Below, piece after piece: positions 23,139 to 31,459 of a stretch of DNA of 43,722 bases (its first letter is position 1; every line of letters starts with the position of its first letter). The stretch lies in IMG/VR virus record IMGVR_UViG_3300025862_000007, positions 1-43,722 of that record. The stretch is one strand, 5' to 3'. The notes below the pieces were generated by a model. That model did not search any database. It saw only the letters and a program-made list of their open reading frames with translations, and was not told the DNA's origin. Origin of the DNA: a virus. Its lineage: Duplodnaviria; Caudoviricetes. Both the position numbers and the translations under genes were made by a program.

Positions 23139-26100
23139 CTAAAATTCGGACATTAGCCTTCCGAAGACGGTGAGGTTAAAAAGCTCATCCCCTACCGAAG
23201 TCTTACCATAATCCACCCGAATTTGAAGGTGTCTGGCTCTAGCAAGACTCTTTGTCGCGCTGAAATAATAACGTAGTGGAGAATACGAACCCGGAACTCC
23301 GGTATTTCCATAAATCGACGGTGGGTCGTACTGCGGGTTTTGGGTAAACGGAAAAAATTCTCCGGAAATTTCGTTCAAAAGAAAACTAACCGTCGGCCGG
23401 AAACTGCGACCACTAAAGTCCATTTCAAGGAATTTGAGGACTGCCAACTGCCCGGGGTGTACAAGCATAATCGAACCCATCGTGAAGTTAGCGTCGTATT
23501 GCACGCCGTTATCCGTAAATTTCTTAAGGTCGCGGTACATGATCTGGTACCCGGGCGCAGGACCTAGCAACGTGATTGAGTTTCCACTCCCGGTGTTGGA
23601 CGGAGAAAAAATCTTGTTGGTGTCGAGAGTCACGGCGCCGTTCTGTGCCCACATCCCGCCGTTCGTCGTTGCGCTCGTGCTTACCGTGATAGACGTCAGA
23701 GCCGCGATAGTCCCGTTGAACACCGCGCTGGTTCCGATCGTGGCCGAACTCCCTACCTGCCAGAATACGTTGGCAGCCAACGCTCCATTCTTCAGTATGA
23801 CAGACCGGCTGTTCGCGACTATCAAAGTCGAGGCTGTCTGGAAGACCCACGTCGAGTCAGGATTTCCAGCCGCGTCGAGTATCAGGTCACCCGACGTGAT
23901 AAAGAACGCGCCGGACGAGCTGCTATAGACACCAGAAATCAAAGTCTGGCCGCCTAAGTCCGGATTTGCCAAAACGGTCGGGACCAGCGTGGCAGCCTGA
24001 TTGTAGGCTTGCGTCAAATCTATCTTAGCTTGAACGGCTGCCGGGTTATCGACGTTCGACGTTCCGGTTACCGTCGGAGATCCGGTGACGGAACTGCCGG
24101 GGCTCAAACCTAGGTCGCCTGTAATGGTCGTCGAACCGGTATTGGTGATCGTCGTGCCGGCCAAGACTCCATACGTTTTTGCGGTTCCGAGATCAATGAC
24201 GCCCTTCGTAGCGAATCCGCTCGCCTGACTTGCTGGACCTGACAGAGTCCCGACCAGCAACTTCTTTAATCCCGGCGCAGTCTGGACGCTCTTAACCATC
24301 TTGCTGCCGTTCGTGATGCTCGCGAAAGGACTCCAGATAGGCTCCGGACCTTGGTATCCGCCCGGTGTCTGGTAAGGGTTCAGCCTGTACCAACCCGTCG
24401 AACCATCGGCAACCATGATGCAGTTATCAATCCCGGTCTGGTGGACCGTGACGTAGCCGGTAGCCGGGTTCCATATCGTATCCGAGACTCCTGACGACGG
24501 CAAGTTGGCGAACTGGTCACCGATAGAGAAGCCGACACGGCTGAGATTCAAACTCGGGCTGATCGCGTAAAACTGGTTATCCGCGCTGAAGAAATAAATT
24601 TCTCCGGCATGGACGTCAATCATGTTGTAGCTCAACAAACCGACGTTCGGAACAAGCTCGACCGAGAAGAACGACGCGGTCTGAGGACCACCGGCGATTA
24701 TCTCGACGCTGTCCGTCAGGAACGTCACCAATCCTTGCGAGTTCTTGACGATAGCCACGACGTTCGCCAAAAACGGCAACTCGTCTGACGGGTTAAACGC
24801 TTCGTTCGGGTTGCCTGTCACGACATCCGGTCCGCCTGAGAAATTTACAGACTGACCTTCCGCACCCCAGATACGCTGGAAGTTATAGACCATCGGCAAA
24901 AATGTCGTGGCCGGCGGATCGTTTGAGTCATCGATTGGCGCCGAAATCAGGACGTTCAGGCCGGGATACAGCGATGTCGGTGCGTCTGGCAAGAAGTCTT
25001 TGAATATCCAGTCGACGTGGACAATACCAGCCGCGGTATTTACTGTAAAAAGTTTCGTTCCAGCCTGAGACGGGATATTCGGGATTTCAGTCAGTTCGAA
25101 CATATTGGTCGGTCCACCACCATCGGCGTCTCGCCAAATAATGATTGTATCGACTTGCGGGTCTGGCGAATAGTTTCCACCGATCGTGTTGACCGCGCCT
25201 GTATCCGCACCCACGATAGTGAACACCGGGGACGCAGTCGAGACAGCATTCGTTTCGCTACCAGTCGGGGCAAGTAATGGGTTGCCCAATCCCGGCGGAA
25301 TCGGGGGATTACCTGTCCCGGCGACGTTGACTGTATAGAAATCAGTCAGTGAACGCGACTTGTAGGAATACGCGTAAACGTGCCCGACTGTCCAACTGAG
25401 AGACTCAGTCGGCGCGACTTCAAGATTGTACCAAAGAGCGGCATTATCGGTCGTGTATTGCCCGATCGGGTTCCATGATGGTGGGCCCGGATTCTCGCCT
25501 ACCCCGCTGTTCGTGACATACTGAATATCCCCGGATTCTACAATCGCGGCTCCGCCGAAAGGCGAACTGCTTGACGGTGGCGAGAATCCAACCGTCGGCA
25601 AAAACCACTTCGTGTTCGGGGCCCATACGTTCGCGACTCCGACGCATGTCCAGACTAGGCCGTCTGTCCCGTCAGTCGTCGTTATGCTTCCATAATTAGA
25701 AGCCCATGTAGGATGGCTTCCGCTTCCGCTCTTTCCTGACGTCGTGCAGACCTGCCAATTCCCATTCGAATCTTTGATGGCCGAAAAAGGCGTCCCGCTC
25801 GCAGTCCATGCAGTATAGTTTGTGCCCGACACCCATGCGTCAGACCCGAGCGACATCCAGATAAGGTCGCCGTCGGTAGTTGGTGTGGTCCCGACCGTCG
25901 CGCCGAAAGGCGGCGGAGTTGTCGCGGATCCAGACGTCCCGCCGTTTGACGAGAATATAAACTCGTACGGAGGACCCGGATTTGGTGGTCCAGAAACTCC
26001 AAGCGTGTTTGGTTCGACAATCGTAGTTGTAGAATCATTATTTGAAACCGTACCGTACGCAGGATACGACTGTCCCGGCTGCCAAATTCCCGGCTGACCC

Positions 26101-27575
26101 GGTAGAACCCCCGGCTGTAAAGCGTTGCCCATATATACCCAGTTCAGACCGTTATCGGGAACGTGCCCATTCGGTCCGGGCACAAATCTCGGGGGTGTGC
26201 TGCCCGCATTTCCCGCAGGACCCGATTGGATATATACAGCCTTTGTTATGGGGTCCCAGACAAAGCACGGCGCAGCGATAGTTCCACTGGTGCTGCCGTT
26301 GCTGTAAAAAGCGTTCGCGACCCATAGACCGACAGGTCCGCGGTTCGTCCAAGTGATTAGACCGTCAGGGACTGTCTGACCGGGAGTCTGCGCCAATGCC
26401 CAGTTAGGCCCGCCTGTTCCGGAAGTCCCGAACTGTGTCGTGTTTGTCGTCGATGCGTTTACGGAAATAAGTTGTTGGACAGAGTTGGTCGTATTATCGT
26501 AGACCAATCCCATCGTCGACCACATCGTGTTCGGTACCCACGTTACCGCCGCGGAGCCGCTCGGAACAATCTGAACCGCAGGCTGGCTTCCCGGCGCAGC
26601 GATTCCCCAGTTCCAGACAGTCCCGTTTGTGTTCAACGGTGTGTACTTCTGGACGTCTACTCCGTCACCGATATAAAGGACTCCGCCGACTGCCGCAAAA
26701 TAGGACTGACCAGCACCGGGCGACTTTCCAAATAGGACAGTCTTGGTGCCGTTCTGGTTATCGACGTAAACCGCGCCTGACGATATCGCGTTGGCTGAGG
26801 CGTTCTCGGATATCGAAAATGAGTTTGCAACAGTCACGGTCAAGTTAGTTGATGCAACGACTGTGAATGTCCCGTTGTTGGACGCGTTTGTGAAACCCGT
26901 TATCGCGAGTTGCAGACCAAAGAAGGCATTATTCGTGGCTGACGGGACAGACGAAGTGAACAAATAGACTGCCGCGCCATCAGCGAAAGCGTTCTTTACT
27001 TCCGCCACGCCGTTCGGATTCGCCAGCGTCAAAGTACTTGTAGTGGATGCCGTGCATAAGAAGACGCCGTTGTTCGCGTTGTTGGTAAATCCGCTAATTA
27101 TAATCGTGTACCCGTTAAAAGCGTTTGAGCCGCCGCCGGTAATGGCTCCGGTATAAACAGTGCTGCCGCCAGAAGCCGCGGCGACAGAAGTCAGCGCGAG
27201 CCTCGGACCGATTGCGCCGTTGACGGTCTGTAGAGGGATGTTACCGGTCGTGCCGGTATCGACAATGACTTGGATGGTTCCGTTGGCGAGTTCAAATGAA
27301 AAAGCAGTGTCTGGCGCAGTAGGGTAGGTGACGGTTGAAAACGGGCTAAGCCCGGGACGACGTTGGAGTGTAAGACGGTTGGTGAGTTCGATGTTGGCGC
27401 CCATCCAGAGCGAGTCAGGACGGCCGCCATAGAACTTAGATTCAATAATGCCGGAAGGGTCGTGCAGCGGGGCGCGTTGTGTGAATAAACCTGTGAAGGC
27501 GCGATCGACAAATAGCGGAACAAATTTAGGTTCCTTCTGTGGTCGCGCGCCTGCTCCTTCCAGTAAATTAGCCAT
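23139..27575 (-). CDS. tail nozzle / stabilisation-type protein (1478 aa) with inserted beta-rich modules, five Trp-rich CBM-like repeats and a DUF3494 ice-binding domain
   Basis: N-terminal L..RPG pattern and position typical of podovirus tail tubular B / P22 gp10-like proteins; DUF3494 signature at about 23607-24200. Confidence 0.75.
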   Translation of the reverse strand: MANLLEGAGARPQKEPKFVPLFVDRAFTGLFTQRAPLHDPSGIIESKFYGGRPDSLWMGANIELTNRLTLQRRPGLSPFSTVTYPTAPDTAFSFELANGTIQVIVDTGTTGNIPLQTVNGAIGPRLALTSVAAASGGSTVYTGAITGGGSNAFNGYTIIISGFTNNANNGVFLCTASTTSTLTLANPNGVAEVKNAFADGAAVYLFTSSVPSATNNAFFGLQLAITGFTNASNNGTFTVVASTNLTVTVANSFSISENASANAISSGAVYVDNQNGTKTVLFGKSPGAGQSYFAAVGGVLYIGDGVDVQKYTPLNTNGTVWNWGIAAPGSQPAVQIVPSGSAAVTWVPNTMWSTMGLVYDNTTNSVQQLISVNASTTNTTQFGTSGTGGPNWALAQTPGQTVPDGLITWTNRGPVGLWVANAFYSNGSTSGTIAAPCFVWDPITKAVYIQSGPAGNAGSTPPRFVPGPNGHVPDNGLNWVYMGNALQPGVLPGQPGIWQPGQSYPAYGTVSNNDSTTTIVEPNTLGVSGPPNPGPPYEFIFSSNGGTSGSATTPPPFGATVGTTPTTDGDLIWMSLGSDAWVSGTNYTAWTASGTPFSAIKDSNGNWQVCTTSGKSGSGSHPTWASNYGSITTTDGTDGLVWTCVGVANVWAPNTKWFLPTVGFSPPSSSSPFGGAAIVESGDIQYVTNSGVGENPGPPSWNPIGQYTTDNAALWYNLEVAPTESLSWTVGHVYAYSYKSRSLTDFYTVNVAGTGNPPIPPGLGNPLLAPTGSETNAVSTASPVFTIVGADTGAVNTIGGNYSPDPQVDTIIIWRDADGGGPTNMFELTEIPNIPSQAGTKLFTVNTAAGIVHVDWIFKDFLPDAPTSLYPGLNVLISAPIDDSNDPPATTFLPMVYNFQRIWGAEGQSVNFSGGPDVVTGNPNEAFNPSDELPFLANVVAIVKNSQGLVTFLTDSVEIIAGGPQTASFFSVELVPNVGLLSYNMIDVHAGEIYFFSADNQFYAISPSLNLSRVGFSIGDQFANLPSSGVSDTIWNPATGYVTVHQTGIDNCIMVADGSTGWYRLNPYQTPGGYQGPEPIWSPFASITNGSKMVKSVQTAPGLKKLLVGTLSGPASQASGFATKGVIDLGTAKTYGVLAGTTITNTGSTTITGDLGLSPGSSVTGSPTVTGTSNVDNPAAVQAKIDLTQAYNQAATLVPTVLANPDLGGQTLISGVYSSSSGAFFITSGDLILDAAGNPDSTWVFQTASTLIVANSRSVILKNGALAANVFWQVGSSATIGTSAVFNGTIAALTSITVSTSATTNGGMWAQNGAVTLDTNKIFSPSNTGSGNSITLLGPAPGYQIMYRDLKKFTDNGVQYDANFTMGSIMLVHPGQLAVLKFLEMDFSGRSFRPTVSFLLNEISGEFFPFTQNPQYDPPSIYGNTGVPGSYSPLRYYFSATKSLARARHLQIRVDYGKTSVGDELFNLTVFGRLMSEF

Positions 27576-27614
27576 TAAACGGGGTCTCTTTTAGTACCAG
27601 TTTTAATATGAATT

Positions 27615-28790
27615 TTATACGCCGCGAGCCTGACTGCCTTGCTGTGTCCGAAGGGTGGACGCCGTCTGTTCAGAATCGCGAGCCAACCATTGCTGGCGGA
27701 AGATGTTGATTTGTGTCTGAGTCAAGCCTTCGGCCTTCGATAGCAATGCCGCGACACCGCGTTGACGGTATCGTGCCGCTTCTTGGTCATCGTTGGCCGT
27801 CTGGAATGCTTCCGATAAAAAAAGATTATTATAAATATCTGAAAAACTATCCGGAATCGGGGCCCAGCTTCCGTTGAAAGCCGTCGCGGCTCCAGTCGGA
27901 GGAGTCTCAGCAACACCGTTCGGGTTCGCCAAAACAAGCTGTGTGCTCGTGCTGGACACGACAGTGTAGGTTCCGTTATTCGGGGAAATGACCGCGCCAA
28001 TCGCAGTCGCCGTTGCAGTCTCTGCAGTTCCGGACTGGCTCACGACAACCAAAGTCGTGCCGTTGACTGATACTATTTTGAATACGCCGTTGTTTCCAGC
28101 GTTAGTGAAGCCGCTAATCGTTACATCGGTTCCGGCGGGGAAATACGCTGTGGTGAACACGCCGGTGTACGTCGTGTACGGACCGACCGAGTTGGCGACA
28201 GACGTGATTCCAGAAACGCCGTAGCTTGTCGAGAAGCCGTCGATAGTCACAGGAGAGCCGGCAGGGAATGATGCCGGGGTAAATATCCCAGTATACTGCG
28301 TGTTTCCGCCTACAGCCGTGGCTGAGTTGACAACAAACGGACCGAACTGAACCGCGATTCCCTGATATGTCAAATTTACTGTGTAGGCTTTATCCGGAAT
28401 CGTGTTGAAACGAATCTTCAGGCTGACACCCGGGACGTACGATATGACTGATACTGCGCTCGGACGCTGGACGGTGCTGTTCTTGGAAAGAGGCGTGGTG
28501 TTCAGGATGTCTTTCAATTCTTGGACGTTCCCAGCCGGGTCAGTCAACGATGCCTTCTCGATAAAACCAAAATTAGTCAATGCGACAGTGTAGTCCTGAT
28601 CTACCAGAGTGGTAGTAATGCTGCTGTCTTCGAAGCGGTTCCAGCTCCACGTCAGCGGGGGATTCATCATCGAGTTACGGACTATCGAGGCAATAGAGGC
28701 CGCAGGCTCAAAACCAGTGTTGTTTGACAGCGGTTGGTTTTGGATATAGGCAAGAGCCCAATTTAATGTCGTTTGAACCGTGTTTGGCAT
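27615..28790 (-). CDS. head-tail adaptor / tail tubular A-like protein with nested repeat modules
   Basis: W.WN..QDY..E pattern shared with the 437-aa protein; lies just upstream of the nozzle gene. Confidence 0.6.
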   Translation of the reverse strand: MPNTVQTTLNWALAYIQNQPLSNNTGFEPAASIASIVRNSMMNPPLTWSWNRFEDSSITTTLVDQDYTVALTNFGFIEKASLTDPAGNVQELKDILNTTPLSKNSTVQRPSAVSVISYVPGVSLKIRFNTIPDKAYTVNLTYQGIAVQFGPFVVNSATAVGGNTQYTGIFTPASFPAGSPVTIDGFSTSYGVSGITSVANSVGPYTTYTGVFTTAYFPAGTDVTISGFTNAGNNGVFKIVSVNGTTLVVVSQSGTAETATATAIGAVISPNNGTYTVVSSTSTQLVLANPNGVAETPPTGAATAFNGSWAPIPDSFSDIYNNLFLSEAFQTANDDQEAARYRQRGVAALLSKAEGLTQTQINIFRQQWLARDSEQTASTLRTQQGSQARGV

Positions 28791-28802
28791 TAGCTCCCCG
28801 TA

Positions 28803-29417
28803 TTAACTGCCCGCGTAGACTTCTTCAGGTTCGTCGGCCGGCTTCAGTAAAGCCTCAACCGAGTATCCGGCCGGGCTTTTGAAGACCGCTAAAACTCCGC
28901 CCGGTTCTACCTTGGCGTGATCCATATCATCGTGAAGCATCCGGTTGATTTCTTTAATGACAGACCCATGGACGCCGACTACGACAGGGTTCTTGGCGGA
29001 TTCGCCTTTGTGAATCAACTGCATTATCTTGGCGTCGACCCGCTTCCGGAAATCACCGACCTTCTCGCCGTCCGGAATCTGTTCTTCCGGATGTTCCCGA
29101 TACCACTTTAATTCTTTCAGGTTTTCTTTATCTTTCGGCTTTCCCGCGAACTCGCCCGTGTCGAGGGAATCTAGAGCCTTCAAAGGCTTCATCTGCATGC
29201 CTTTCGCTTCCATCAACGGCTTCATCGTCTGGGCGACGCGCTTCCGGGTGCTGCCGTACGCTCCGCTGAAAGCCTTATTCGCGAAGAAAGGCACGAGCGC
29301 AGCCGCCTGCTTCTCGCCGTCCGCGTCGAGTGGGATGTCAAGGTCGCCGCGGAATTCGTTTTCTTTGTTGAGTTCTGTTTCTCCGTGCCTGATAAAAAAT
29401 GCGATAATCTTTTTCAT
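28803..29417 (-). CDS. histidine phosphatase (phosphoglycerate mutase superfamily)
   Basis: FIRHGET motif, S..R..QT, GE, VGVHG. Confidence 0.9.
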   Translation of the reverse strand: MKKIIAFFIRHGETELNKENEFRGDLDIPLDADGEKQAAALVPFFANKAFSGAYGSTRKRVAQTMKPLMEAKGMQMKPLKALDSLDTGEFAGKPKDKENLKELKWYREHPEEQIPDGEKVGDFRKRVDAKIMQLIHKGESAKNPVVVGVHGSVIKEINRMLHDDMDHAKVEPGGVLAVFKSPAGYSVEALLKPADEPEEVYAGS

Positions 29418-30071
29418 TTAACCTTCGCTACAATGCCTACAACTTTCTGACTTGATTCCACGATTTACGTGATAACGAATGTGGGCACCTTTTAGAGCGC
29501 CTAATTTGCCGTTCAAAATTCTTTGCTCAGGAGGAATAGAGTGAGACGCTTTCGTCGCTCTCGCTTTCTTTTCTTCAGGAGACAATCTAGCTCTTTCTGC
29601 CCTGATGCCTTTTGTTCTATCGAAACCGGGAGCGAAAATGCCGACTTGTTTTTCTTGCGCTATTTTAGCCCAACTGCTTAACTGCTCAGACGTGGCGTTT
29701 TGATAATTTTTATGTCCTCGAGTTTTATAGAGCGGTTTACCTAATTTAGACTTTCTCATCTTTTCACGGACTTCCGGAGAAAATCCTTCGCTAGTTATGC
29801 CCTCGCCACCGGCTGTGAGATTCCTTAAACAACCAGTCCCCAAATCCAATCTTCCGTAATACTTAATGAAGAATTTCTCTGTCTCAAAAGCTGATTCTTC
29901 GTCGCGACACAGGATAATCTGAATAAACTTGGAATCTCTGGGGACTTTCAACCTATGATCAGCTTGCGTAGAAGCGCGATCACCTTTACCTTTTCCGATG
30001 TAATACGGGCTGCCTATCGGCCACCCGTTAGTATTAGTCGACCGCATCCAGATATATGCATAAAACATCAT
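29418..30071 (-). CDS. GIY-YIG homing endonuclease
   Basis: FYAY...YYIGKG..R, catalytic E (ETEKFFI), NLTAGGEG, and NUMOD3-like SPEVREKMRKS. Confidence 0.85.
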   Translation of the reverse strand: MMFYAYIWMRSTNTNGWPIGSPYYIGKGKGDRASTQADHRLKVPRDSKFIQIILCRDEESAFETEKFFIKYYGRLDLGTGCLRNLTAGGEGITSEGFSPEVREKMRKSKLGKPLYKTRGHKNYQNATSEQLSSWAKIAQEKQVGIFAPGFDRTKGIRAERARLSPEEKKARATKASHSIPPEQRILNGKLGALKGAHIRYHVNRGIKSESCRHCSEG

Positions 30072-30089
30072 TAGAGTTCACCTTGTTTT

Positions 30090-30118
30090 AGCATATCACG
30101 ATGTTGGTTGTTTGTCAA
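30090..30118 (-). promoter_or_regulatory. sigma70-type promoter TTGACA-N17-TATGCT (extended -10) of the second GIY-YIG gene
   Basis: On the - strand: TTGACA 30118-30113, TGA then TATGCT 30095-30090, then SD AAGGTG. Confidence 0.75.
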
Positions 30119-30145
30119 GAGAAAATTTAAAAACCTGTAAGTCCT

Positions 30146-31459
30146 TTATCTTGTTGGATACTGGAACGGCCAACTTGGCCCAAGGAACCTGTTGCGTCCC
30201 GGCGCTCCACCAAGAATCCCACGGTCCGGTACGAATGTATTCTCTTCCATTTCTCGGTCTTCCTTCGACCTAAATTCCTGCAGCGACTTCAGCCAGACAG
30301 CCCACGCGGCTTGAAACTTCGAATACACGGCCTTCTGCGGCGAGAAGCGATACAATTGGGCAATCAAACCCATCTGGAAATGCGGCTCAAACTCGTCCCA
30401 CAGCGGCGCGAGCGTCTGGTTCGTGTTCGTGAAACGGACAGGCTTCATCTGGCCGACGACGTTAAATTGCCAAACGGTTCCGGACTGCGCCGGTACCGGG
30501 AGTAGACGTAGACCTTGGCCGAAAGGATCTACGACGGTCCAGACTGTCGTGGCTCCTACGCCAGAAACCTGTGTTCCGGGAGTCGCACCGATCGGCGCGA
30601 GTGGCGCACCTGTCCCTTCTATCCCGAATCCAGTCAAGACTAGATAATTTCCATTCGCGTCTCGGATCTGAAGGACCGGGTTGTTCGGCATCGAACTCGT
30701 GCTCGAGTTGCCTATCGTTCCGCCGGCTAGATATGTCCCGGGGTCGGGCGTCGCTGATACCACGACCGTGTTATCAATAATGGCTGTCACGGAATACGTG
30801 CTGTTGTATGTCGCTGGGTAGGCTTGCGTCACAACCAGTTCAGACCCTACGGTGAGAGCCCCGGGAACGCTGCTGAGATTAAAACTGATCTGTCCGCCGT
30901 TCGCGCTTGACCAGACGGCCGCCAAGACTGTCGAACCTAGCGGGCTGGTGTAGATTGCGCCGGGATACGGATTATTTCCGGTCGATGTGGTTCCGTTACT
31001 CGGTCCGCCCCACGTTCCGTAATACAACTGGTTATTAAGCATCCAACTGACTAGATATGCCGGGCTCGACATCATCGACGAGTTAAACATCGTGCCTGTC
31101 GACTGTGTCAACTGGCGTCCGGTCTCGATCGGGCGCCACGGCTTCGGCTCGGCACTGTTATTGATATCGATAACCAAACCACGTTCGAGCCATGCTAGAT
31201 TCGTGACTGACGTCCCGTTAGGGTTCACGAGAGCGTAGTCTTGCTGCAGCGTGTTGGTGTAGATGTAAGGCAGGTTGAACTCGTTCCACTTCCAAGGAAA
31301 CTGGACCGCGCAGATCGCGTTCATGACGTTGTTCGCGGCAGTCAGAATGACGCGAGATGTGTTTCCACCGACATTCAAAACGGGTTCAAGATCCGCGAAT
31401 GTCTGCAGGATATCAATCTCGTCTTGAAGCGTCACGGTGCATTGCGAATTCGTTGCCAT
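30146..31459 (-). CDS. head-tail adaptor-like protein (paralogue of 27615..28790)
   Basis: FPWKWNEF..QQDYAL..WLER versus LTWSWNRF..DQDYTV..FIEK. Confidence 0.6.
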   Translation of the reverse strand: MATNSQCTVTLQDEIDILQTFADLEPVLNVGGNTSRVILTAANNVMNAICAVQFPWKWNEFNLPYIYTNTLQQDYALVNPNGTSVTNLAWLERGLVIDINNSAEPKPWRPIETGRQLTQSTGTMFNSSMMSSPAYLVSWMLNNQLYYGTWGGPSNGTTSTGNNPYPGAIYTSPLGSTVLAAVWSSANGGQISFNLSSVPGALTVGSELVVTQAYPATYNSTYSVTAIIDNTVVVSATPDPGTYLAGGTIGNSSTSSMPNNPVLQIRDANGNYLVLTGFGIEGTGAPLAPIGATPGTQVSGVGATTVWTVVDPFGQGLRLLPVPAQSGTVWQFNVVGQMKPVRFTNTNQTLAPLWDEFEPHFQMGLIAQLYRFSPQKAVYSKFQAAWAVWLKSLQEFRSKEDREMEENTFVPDRGILGGAPGRNRFLGPSWPFQYPTR

